NCBI GenBank assembly: GCA_039621445.1 | Contig: CP154954.1 | Span: 30,012,395 to 30,076,394 of the forward strand | DNA from: Euglena gracilis | Lineage: Eukaryota | Direction of reading: 5' to 3' | DNA: 64,000 nucleotides | Shown: one piece after another, positions 53,715 through 64,000 of the stretch | Numbering within the stretch: the first letter of the stretch is position 1 | How the letters are laid out: every line of letters begins with the position of its first letter | Made by a program: the position numbers and the translations under genes | The notes under the pieces: model-generated | The model's database searches: none | What the model saw: the letters and a program-made list of their open reading frames with translations, nothing else | Told to the model about the DNA's origin: nothing

Positions 53715-54927
53715 AAATGTATATATAAATGTATATTGATACATGTATAATAAAAATGTATATTGATACATGTATAATACATATGTATATATATGTGCAT
53801 ATATATGTATGTGTGTACAAAAAAATGTTTATATATGTATATATGTTTATATATGTATATATGTTTATATATGTATATGTACACATGTATGTGTGTATTT
53901 CTACATATACACGTATATATACATATACATACACATATACACACACATATATATCCTTTTATGTATATATATGTGTACGTATATATACATATATACATAC
54001 ATGTATATGTATATATATGCAGATATACATTTCTATATCCATATATATCTTTAATGGGTGTAAAATGTATGTCTATATAATACATAATATAGACATATAC
54101 ATGTGTATATACAAGACATATATACAGAGACAGGACATATACAGAGAGAAACACAAAAAAATAATAAGAGATACATAGTAAAACAAACATAATATATAGA
54201 TATAGAAAGAGATATATATATATATATATACAAATAATAATATACAGATATATATATACATATATACAATATACATATATATATATATATAGATATACAT
54301 ATATATATAGAAATATATATATATCATATATATATATACAATATATATATACATATATATACATATAATATACATATATAGACATACAGAGATAGATAGC
54401 AGAGAGATAGAGAGATATAGAGAGAGAGAGATAGAGAGAGAGAGATAGAGAGAGAGAGAGATAGATATATAGAGAGAAGAGGAGAGAGAGATATATATAT
54501 ATAGAGAGAGATATACAGAGAGATACAGAGAGGAGAGTATATAAGAGGATATAGAGTATACATATATATAGAGAGAAAGAGATAGATATAGAGGAATAGA
54601 GAGAGAAGATAAGAAGAAGATAGATAGAGGAAGAAGATATATATAATAAGGATATATAGGAGATAATATAGATAAGGAGGAGAGATATATATAGGATTAT
54701 ATTATATAGAGATATATATATATATATGTATGGATATAGAGTAGATTATATAATACAGATATAGGGGAGATATAAATATATACAGATACAGAGAGGGAGA
54801 CAAGATACATATAGACAGAGAGGGATATATACAGAGATATATAGAGAAGAGAGAGATATATAGATATATATATATAGAGAGTAAGAGATATAGATATAGA
54901 GAGATATATATATATATATAGAGATAG

Positions 54928-54964
<37 letters not shown>

Positions 54965-55133
54965 TATAGATATATAATATAGAGAGACAGAGACAGAGAG
55001 AGAGAGACAGAGAGACAGAGAGAGAGATAGGGAAGAAGATATAGATATATAGATAGAGGTATATATATGGATATATCTCTCTCTCTCTCATAGAGACTCT
55101 ACTCGTAGAGGTATATACAGACATATATGGATA

Positions 55134-55164
<31 letters not shown>

Positions 55165-55182
55165 TATAGAGAGAGAGAGAGC

Positions 55183-55223
<41 letters not shown>

Positions 55224-55326
55224 TAGAGAGAGAGAGGAGAGATGAGAGAGAAGATTAGAGAGAGAGAGAGAGAGAGAGATAGAGAGAGAGAAGAAGAGAG
55301 ATAGATATATATATATAGAGAGAGAG

Positions 55327-55362
<36 letters not shown>

Positions 55363-55450
55363 TAATATATCTATATATATAATTAGAATATATCTATTAT
55401 TATATATTATTATATATAAATATGTATTATAATATATATAATATAATATA
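53715..55450. repeat. Compound degenerate (TA)n/(GA)n low-complexity tract
   Basis: Directly visible. Confidence 0.97.
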
Positions 55451-56269
55451 TTGTTCCCGCCCGTGGGCGCCCGAATTGTTTCAAAACGGCTTTCCGGCTT
55501 TTCGGCCGCTGCGAGCGGCGAAAAAGCCGTGGAAAACGGCCGGAAAGCCGTGTTGAATGGCGAAAATGCCGTTTCTCCGGGCCCTTTTGGCAGAAAAGCC
55601 GTTTAGCCTGCAGCACTGGCGCAAAAGCCGGTTTGTCGAACTCCCCCCGAGGAAAACCGAAAAGGGAGCAAGGGACACCGAGGGCGAAGCACAAAGACCT
55701 TGTGAAACTGTGGCCCCCCTTCACTCTGCCGGCGCACGAGGCAAAAAAAAACTCCCATTTTCTTTGCCGTGGCCATTTTTTTTTTAACGTGGCTGGCTTT
55801 CCCCGTTTGTTCCGACAACATACTTGCCAACCCCTCAACTAGCAAGCAAAGACATCGCAATACAAAACTGTTCGGGTGCTGTCAAAAAAGTACGTGCTGT
55901 CACTGCTGTGCCTCCGCCACTTTGTTCTGCAACGAGTGCAGTATAAGCTCTTGAAAAATGCGTGGGTGTCTGTGCGTTTGCGTGTGCATTTGTGTGTGTG
56001 TGTGTGCGTGCGTGTGCATGTGCGTGTGCGTGTGTGTATGTGTGTGCGCGTGGGTGTGTGTGGCTGCACGCCCGTGCATGTGTGTTTTCTGTCGTTCTAT
56101 GTGCATATGTGATCGCATCAAAAAGTACCAGGTGCCACCAGGGCAATTGGTATGTTGTAGCGTATACAACATACCGAATTGCACCATTTCTCGTTCAGGA
56201 AAAAGGATTCCTCTACGAAAAAGAGGGGTCCAAAATGAGGCTCACAAACCAGAACAAAACATGCATTGC

Positions 56270-56525
56270 ACACATGGTGGCCATCATGGGGCATCCTGGC
56301 AGATGGCCATCCTAGGTTGTGATGGCCTTCAAGGGTCATGATGGACATCAAGCGTCATGATGGCCATCATAGGTCATGATGGCCATCATTGGTCATGATG
56401 GCCATCATGGGTCATGATGGCCATCATGGATCATGATGGCCATCATGGATCATGATGGCCATCATGGATCATGATGGCCATCATGGATCATGATTGCCAT
56501 TTGGGTCAGGATGGGCATCATGGGT
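56270..56525. repeat. 19-bp minisatellite built on the palindrome catgatggccatcatg
   Basis: Period 19 (tcatgatggccatcatgga), decaying toward both edges. Confidence 0.92.
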
Positions 56526-56697
56526 TGTGATGCACCTCATGACAACCATGGACAGAAAAATGGCCCTAAAGTGCTCCAAGGCCAGCGGGGGGGGGAAACA
56601 AAAAAAGCAAATATCCCCAAACTGGAAAAACCAAATCCAACAGAAGCATTTTTTTTCAAGAGCCTTGATGGAAGGAATTGAACAAACTCTTTACATT

Positions 56698-56922
56698 CAG
56701 GGTTTTTTTCAGACCGGGGGGAGGAGGGGATGGGCAGCCACCCACCAAAATGGCCAAAAATGCATAAAATGGCTTTTTTCAAAATTTTTGAGGCCAGAAA
56801 AGATGTACCCACCAGCCCGTACCCCACCCCCCCCAGTGGGGGGGCAGGGGGTCGGTCCAAGGGACCCACCCACCCTGCCCCCCCCCCACGGGGAGGTGTC
56901 CAAGACTTAAAAAAAACCCCTG
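56698..56922. mobile_element. hAT-like MITE
   Basis: TIR cagggtttttttcag / cttaaaaaaaacccctg; degenerate 8-bp TSD tttacatt / tttccaat. Confidence 0.7.
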
Positions 56923-57585
56923 TTTCCAATCTCCTGCGTTCATGGGGGAACCCATGGTCAGGGACCACAGGCCACTGTAGAACGGCTGGTTCAACATCAG
57001 GCTTTTGCTCAAGGACCTGGGGCTAATCGGCTGGACTCTGGAAAAAAATGGACTTGCCAGACCCCCCCTCCACCCCCCGGTCCGGGGGTCCCCCCAACTG
57101 GAAAAAAAATTTCCTCCGAGGTGGAAATGAGGTTTGTTATCGGTCTTTGGCTGATTTTGTCCAAAAATTCCCCAAATTGGACTAGCTGCAGTCCAGCCCC
57201 CCCCCCCCCCGGGGGGTACTGCAATCCCTTAAGCAAAAGCCTGTGCAACACGGAAGGTTGAAGTGCTTGTGCAGTGCAACTTCAGGCTCAACTTTTGCAA
57301 CTCAACAGCTCAACTCAACAACTCAACAACAACAATAGAATGAACTCCTGGAAAGATACAGGGTGATGGACGATGGGCTATGGATATGCACCCCCACCAA
57401 AGCGGGACCTTTAGCCCCCCCTCCATTAACCGAAAAATTTAGGTGCCACGGCAGGAACCAGGGGTTTTTCTGGCACCCCAGAAAGACCCCTGTTAAGACC
57501 TGGGGGTCCCCCCCACCCAAAGTGGCCACCATTCAACCCCCAACCCCAAATGACCTGGCCGGTGGTCCGGCCGGGCTTTTGGGAT

Positions 57586-57795
57586 CAGGGGTTTTTTTTA
57601 AGACCGGGGGGGGAGGGGGGGGTCCCCCCCACCCACCCACCCCCTGGGGGGGGGGGGGGTCCCGGGGGACCCACAAAAAATGGCCGAAAAATCGCGAAAA
57701 GTGCTAAAAATAGCATTTTTCGGCCCGGGGGAGGGAGGGGGTCCGGCAGCCCGCCCACCCTACCCCCCCCGGGTCCAAACTTAAAAAAATCCCAG
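57586..57795. mobile_element. hAT-like MITE, same family as 56698-56922
   Basis: TIR caggggttttttttaag / cttaaaaaaatcccag; perfect 8-bp TSD tttgggat. Confidence 0.88.
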
Positions 57796-57999
57796 TTTGG
57801 GATCCTTGATGACCCTTTGGATGACCCTGAAGCAACATCAACGGGTCATCTGGGGGGGGGGACATGGTTGACCATGGGACAACATGGCCAATCCCAAATG
57901 ATGGTTTTGGGTACAAACAACAACATTCAACCAACCACATCTCCATTTGCACATCTGCATCTGGACATCTCAGCCTGACCTGACAACCCAAAATTCAGC

Positions 58000-58975
58000 T
58001 GTGAAAAGCTGCCTTTCCATCTCCAGTGCAAGTTGTCTCAACCCCTTTTTCTTCAGCTCCTTCTTCATGGAGCTGGTGTCGAGAGGTACCCAAAAAAGCT
58101 TCTCCCATGCACCTCTTTGGGGGGGGGCTGACTGCTGCCAGCCCCCCCCATGCAAAAAAAATGCAAAGGACGGCCAGAGCCGGAAGAAGAGGGCGAACAC
58201 ATTTGACTTTCATTTTTTTCATCCAATGTTCAAATAGCAGCATGGTTCACTTGGACGATCAGCAGCAACTCTGCTGCTGTCGTCTGCGACACCGCTGTCC
58301 TCGTCGTGCCCTTCGCCGTCTGGGTCCCCACCGCCCCCAGGTGCCCCGCTCCGCTCTTGCTCCTCTGGAACTCTGGAACTGCCTCCGGGTTGAACTGTGG
58401 GTTCCTCTGGAACTGCTTCTGCAGGTCCAGGAGCCACCTCTTCTGTGGGAAACAACTCCCTTGGCACGCTTTTTGGCAGCTGGCTGGCTGGGGTTGCTGG
58501 TGGGCCATTGACGACCAAATTTTGGGGTTGAGTGCAAGGAGCTTCAGGCACGTCATCCACATCCACAGCTGCTGGTTCCTGTGCCGATAAAAATGGTGGC
58601 TGCACTGGTTCTTGTTCTTGGACATCAGTCGATTCTTCGACTTCGATGTCCACATCCAAAGCTAAATCCTCAACGTCTGACAGTGGCAGGTGGCATCATA
58701 ATGGGAAATAAAGCAGATCGAGTGTTTTATGGTGTGGGCGGACTGGAAACCACAATGAGGCCATGGAGGAGAGGGCATGACCCTCCATTTCAGCCCCCCC
58801 CCCCACCTGGCCGAAACCCATGTAAGACCACCCCATCCTCGGGACGTTGATTTTTTTTGCGCGCACCTGTGCTCTGGCCCTGTGCGGTTTTGAACTGCCT
58901 GACCAGGAACCACAGCCTGAACCCTGGTTGCCTCCTTTAGGGTTGTCTTCCACACATCCCTCCCTTCCGGATCAG
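58000..58975 (-). CDS. Probable C-terminal exons of the RAG1-like gene (acidic/Pro-rich linker plus helical segment)
   Basis: In-frame continuation TDPEGRDVWKTTLKEA after the intron at 58976-59017; ORF 58219-58659 (DVDIEVEESTDVQEQEP...); AWEKLFWVPLDTSSMKKELKKKGLRQL. Junctions unresolved. Confidence 0.5.
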
Positions 58976-59017
58976 GCGAACCATACTTATACCGCAGTCA
59001 AAATACAAGCATGGCCT

Positions 59018-61201
59018 TGTTGTTCCGCTGCTGCATGAGCTGCGAAACAAACTGGTACCCGCCCACCAAGGCACCATTCTTCTTCACCAGTACCTCCTCA
59101 TGCTGGCGGAAAGGTGCTGGGGGAAGCACAAACTTGGGTGGCATTTAGAGCACGAATCTGGGTGGGAGTTGAGATGCTGATTGTTTTTTTTGTTGTCTTT
59201 GGGCACAGACCTTCATCTTCATTTCAGTTTCATAGGCACGGTATGCTGCTTGTTGGAATGTGTTTCTGGCACAACGTGACTTGCGTTTGCTTCTTGTCCG
59301 TTGCCGCTCAGCCAATAGTTCCCATCGGATCCGGTCCAGTTGTGAACACAGGTGTTTGGGCAAAAGTTTGACATTAAAAGAAAGCGGTTTTGTCCCAAAC
59401 ATCCTTGGCTGCAATGTTTGAGAAAACCCCCAGGAACCATTTCGAAATTGGTTTCCCGCTGAAAGCTGCAAATCTGCCTTGAACACTCTGTGCTTACCTT
59501 CAAGTCCATGACCAACAAATGGGAACAGTGTTGACCAAGTCGCGAGAAACTGACCTCAGAGTTCCAACGGCCTGGCGTAAACAGCAAACAAACCCAGCAA
59601 TCCAGTGAGCCCCATCCTTGCGGCCGGCAAATGTGGTCCGGCTGCCAGCCCGTGAGAAACGCGGCAAATCATCACCAGTTGGCTGGCAAACCTGGCAAAT
59701 CGTCCAGCCCTCCCCACCCCCATGGTTTGGGTAAGATAAATGTGAAAGAAAAAACACAAAGGGGAGGAACCCTGCAAGGGGCAGGTGTGAAGTCCAAACA
59801 TGACCCCAAACGGTGGCTGGCGCATGTAACGTAGCAAGTCTCTGCCGCATATCCTTTTATATTTCTTTGAATCTTATCCAGTCTTCAGCACCCACACTTT
59901 CCTGATACGCCAAATTAACCATGGCACAACCGTCTTGAAGCAATGCCTGCAGATGCAGGCGTTGCCATTGTGGCACATGAGGCCCCAAACCCTGCAGCAC
60001 GTAATTCCAGTTTGACTGCCGCCAATAATTCAGTGAAAGTGTAATTGCTTTCTTCTCTTCTTCCTCACCGCCGTCTGTTTTTGCCATACCCGTCCAAGCT
60101 ATCTGTCTTGCTTCAGTGGCAAACAGCTTGCCGTCAAGTAGGTGTAAGACGAGTGGTATGACAATGTTGTGGAGGACGTTGTGTGCACCATGCATTGCAT
60201 CTGGAAGAACTCGGGTTCGTGGAAGAGCTGTGAAAATTGCTGACGGCCGTGACGCTGTCTCCAATTCTCGTGGGAGTGCATTCCAGTTGGTGACCTCAGC
60301 GGGTGGTGCAGCACAGAAAGGGCAAATTTCCCGACCGGCTGCGGTTGCTGTGGGGCCATCTGCACCTGTCACTTTATATTCCACGATGTGATCACCCACG
60401 AAGAAATTTCGTATTCGCAGTTGTTTTCCTCCAACAGTGGCTGTTGCAAATAGGGTGCCTTTCAAAGAGGTGTCTGGGGCCAAGCAGGTTACATCTGTTT
60501 TCTTTTTTGTCCTCAGACGTCACAAACAACACATCAATGAAAAGCACCCTGGGAAAGCCTTCTAAATGCTCCAAAGCAGCATCAAAACCAGCTCCTTGAA
60601 GTAGGGCTTTCACAGAAGCCATACTTTCTGTCCCCAGAAGAACGGCACAGTGAGCGTACCGCTCCACTGCATGCAACTTAAAATGCTGGTGTTTCCCCGT
60701 GAGGGCCATTGTTAAGGTGAGGTAATTTGTCTTCCATCGAGGAACACCATCAACACCCCAGCGTACCCAAAGTTCACCTGGTTTGGGCCAGTCAGGTTGT
60801 GTCCACCCACCTTCCATGACGCTGAGTACATGTGCCAGTTTTCGCACAAGGTCCACACTCGCTGAAGGCCACCCACCAGACTATCGGCTCAAGGGGCGTT
60901 CCATTTCTGGACCTTTCAAATACTCCCACGTTAGTTGAACACATGTCCACGGGACAGTTCTTCCCAATGCGACGTCACGTGTTGTTCGTCCGGATATACC
61001 AAAACACATGTCGATTGCGTTTTTTTTCACATCGTCCACATACGGCTTATGTTTGGTGTCAACAAGGACAATACGTCCTGGGGTGTGTTCAGCCAGCCCC
61101 CAAATACCACCAAACGTTCGATTAACAGAAGCCAGAAATTTTTTCAGCCTTCTCCACTCAGTCACACGACTAATTCCTGTCTTCTTGCTTCTTCGTGCCA
61201 T
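59018..61201 (-). CDS. RAG1/Transib-like DDE transposase, spliced; one in-frame TAA, so possibly a pseudogene
   Basis: Exons 61201-60917, 60844-60555, 60445-59778, 59551-59410, 59343-59217, 59105-59018 (533 codons). Motifs WGVDG (D at 60749-60751), LLGTES, FVGDH (D at 60391-60393), CPFC, PDAMH, HVWTSH, GHGLEGKH (E at 59499-59501). Confidence 0.8.
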
Positions 61202-61519
61202 GGTGAAAAACTGAGTGTCTTGCGCAGAATGTTTCACGTCCGAAATAAGGAAGTCCTTCAAAGCACAAAGGGAAGAAGGACCAGACAAAAGACGGCCACA
61301 GAAAGTGCAGAATCGCAGCAGTAGTAGGGCTAAAAAGACGACGAATGCCAAAAATGAGTGGCCAACCAAAACAGCCGATGAAAAGAAAAGCCACAAAGGT
61401 TGACGCATTTATCGCCGAAAAGCCAGAAACAAAGGCTGAAAAAGGCCGAAAAAGCCACAAAAAAGGGGACAAAAAGCCGGAAAAGACCGAAAGAAACACG
61501 CAGGGGGCGGTGGAAACGA

Positions 61520-62040
61520 AGAGAGAGCGAGGGAGAAAGAAGAGATGAGAGAGGAAGAGAAATAAGATACACAAGGAGGGGAGAGTAGGAGGAAAGAGGA
61601 AGAGGGAAGACAGGAAGAAGAGGACGATAAAGAGCAGAAGAGAGGAGAGGAGGAGGAGTAGAGGAGGTAAGAGAGAGAAGGAGAGGAGAGAGAGGACAGA
61701 GAGGAGAGAAGAGGAGCAGGAAGAGCGGACAGAGGAAGAGAAAGAGATGGGAAGATATAGAGTGAACTTGAAGAGAAGAGAGAAGAAGGAGAAGAGAGGA
61801 GGAGGAGATCGTAAGAGAGAAGGAAGGAGAGGAGAGGGAGGAAAGAGAGAGAGGAGAGGATAAGGAGAGAGAGAGAAGGATAGAGGGTTAAATATCTATT
61901 AATTATAATAATATATATGTTATATATAATATAATGTGTATAAACAAATAATATAGAAAATAATAATAATAATAATAATCATAGTAACTATAAATAATAA
62001 TTAATTAGTAAAATATATATTATGATTATTATTATATAGA
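61520..62040. repeat. Polypurine (GA-rich) tract followed by an AT-rich tract
   Basis: Directly visible. Confidence 0.95.
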
Positions 62041-62675
62041 TTGCAAGAACCCTGCGTGAAGGAAAAAGTGTTGTGAGGAACCTGGGTGTTCGAGTGGGCT
62101 ATTCTCAGGGTGATGGTATTTCCCAATCCTAACTAGTCTGAAAATTTAGCGCGCCAGACTCGGAAAATTTGGTTTTCACGGCCAAAAGGGTCAAAATCCG
62201 GTTTCGAGCTTCAAAGGCCGACCCCCAGATCCCTGTGCGAAGTTCAAATTCACCTTAAATCCAAAAAAAATCAGATGTTTAGGGATTTTGGACCGTACTA
62301 AGACAATTTCTGGTCAAATTGTTGGTTAGGACCCATTTACACCGTAGCCCCGCCTGAACACATTGTGCGCTCTGGATTTTTGGCCCCGATGGGTTTGGTT
62401 ACAATGGCCTGCTGGTTGTTGTCTCTTCCCCTTACGGGGTCGTCTGACCACTGCCAGGTCCGTGCACCACTTTGGTGGGTTTGTTTGGTTGTGGAAATTT
62501 CTTTTGATGAAGGGGCAGCCACAGTTTGCCACAGTCGACCGGTGTCATCAGGTTTTCCAGCCGCAGCTGCTCCCTCTTGAAAGTCTCTGGCGCTGTTCGT
62601 CTTGGAAATTGCATCTTTCAGATACCTCAGCAAGTTTTTGCACGAGCATCTGTTTTTGAATAATTCGAATTGATT

Positions 62676-64000
62676 GTCGGACTCCCACGACACAGGAAGG
62701 GGGAGGAAGTGACCATGAGGGCGAAGCACAAGAAGATGGTGAGCCCAACCCCCCCACCCAAAAAATCAGCAAAAAAGGAAAAACATCCCGACCAGTGGGG
62801 TACGATCAACAGACAATGCAGGTCTGGGTTTACAATTAATCTCTGAACCCACTGGGGAATGATGCTCCAGGGGGGGTTTGCATAAACTGGGGGGAGATCC
62901 CTCAAGTCTGCCCTTAAGGCATCCACCAGCAAAGCCCCTTGGGGGGTATCGACAAACGACCTTGGGGAATTTTTTGTTGCTGGGTGTGCAAAACATGTCC
63001 ACCTCTGGGGTTATGTCCTTTCTGAGAAATTGCAGACTTTGTGAAAGATGTTTAGGTTTAGGGTATAATCCCCTGGGTCCTTTTGCTCCCTGGTTAGGGA
63101 GTCTGCCAATTGCTCCTTTGTTGGAACCCAAACCACCTGCAAGTTGATTTGCTTCTCCTGGCAATGATACAGCAGGGGTTTTAAGATAGATTGAGGTAGG
63201 GCCTTTGCCTCCCCACTTTGTGAAATAACTTACAGCCACCTGGCTGTCCACATGAAGCACAATTGTTTGCTTTGGCTTGGCCAGTGCTTTTACAGTTTCC
63301 ACTGCAGCCTGCAACTCTTTTTGGTTGAATTAAGGAGATGCAGGTTCCCCCAACAATCCTGTACCTTTTTACCTGAATCTTTGTCCAGCCCCCCCCATTT
63401 CCAGGTGCTGCTGTCTGAAAAGAGTTCCTGAGAGGCCTGGGATTGAAATGCCCTGCCAAACCCTGGCTGTAAAAATGTTTTCAACTCCACAATTTGATCT
63501 TTGACCCCCTGGGGAATTATCAGGGTGTGGTCCCAACCCCACTTGGTGTGCAAATCCACCATTTTGCAAAGTTGATCTGTCAGAATTCTGAGAAATGGCA
63601 TGGAGACTAAAAAGCTTCTGACCTGCCCAACAATAGAACTGAGTTTTTTTGCAGCTCATTTTTTGTGCTGTGAGCACCTTCCCTAGCTGCTTTCTTAAGG
63701 ATTTTAATTTTTCCTGAGGAATTTCCAGTTGGCATTTTTTCAAATTGATACACTGGCCCAAATGCCTTATTTCCTGTGTGGATTCCAAACAGGATTTGGG
63801 AAGGTTTAATCTGAACCCTGCCAGTAAAAGGTCCTGTTTTATTTCTGCCAAATGCTGGGCTGCTGTCTTTTTGCTGGGGGTAACAGCAAAATGTCGTCCA
63901 GGTCGATGAAAACTACCTTTCCCTCCTTTCTCCATTTCCTTTCCCAGACTCTCATGAGAGTCATAAATTTTTGTGGAATCCTGCTGATGCCAAAGCATGC
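62676..64000 (-). mobile_element. Decayed DIRS element (RT C-part, RNase H, adenine MTase), running off the window
   Basis: AGFRLNLPKSCLESTQEIRHLG; LFSDSSTWKWGG; LHVDSQVAVSY; VDMFCTPSNKKF; VYANPPW; terminal motif at 62676-62742; YR apparently deleted. Confidence 0.9.

Noticed and set aside
53689-55330. YI/SL-rich ORFs
   Set aside because: Translations of TA/GA tracts.
60985-61085. Additional in-frame intron in transposase exon 1
   Set aside because: The stem is imperfect and the frame is open without it; undecidable without cDNA.

Overview
Repeat-rich eukaryotic nuclear DNA, most likely from a euglenid: two split genes here become continuous reading frames only with non-GT-AG introns whose ends base-pair in the euglenid register (+4..+6 with -8..-6). 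Main contents: (1) a TylF/NovP-family O-methyltransferase gene on + (~28.7-37.8 kb, about 10 small exons), probably preceded by a degenerate second TylF-like domain (~22.6-25.2 kb); (2) a RAG1/Transib-like DDE transposase gene on - (ATG at 61201), with RAG1-type D/D/E and CxxC/HxxxxH motifs, six stem-forming nonconventional introns, one in-frame stop and a long C-terminal extension, which is the most interesting object; (3) a decayed chromodomain Gypsy element with a C5 cytosine methyltransferase fragment between RNase H and integrase; (4) several decayed DIRS elements (RT, RNase H, NPPW adenine MTase, tyrosine recombinase), with a recurrent ~70-bp terminal motif and, in at least one copy, extreme CpG depletion; (5) many nested MITEs with TIRs and TSDs, minisatellites and long microsatellites. 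Most short ORFs in the track are spurious. All homology calls are by-eye motif recognition; no searches were run.
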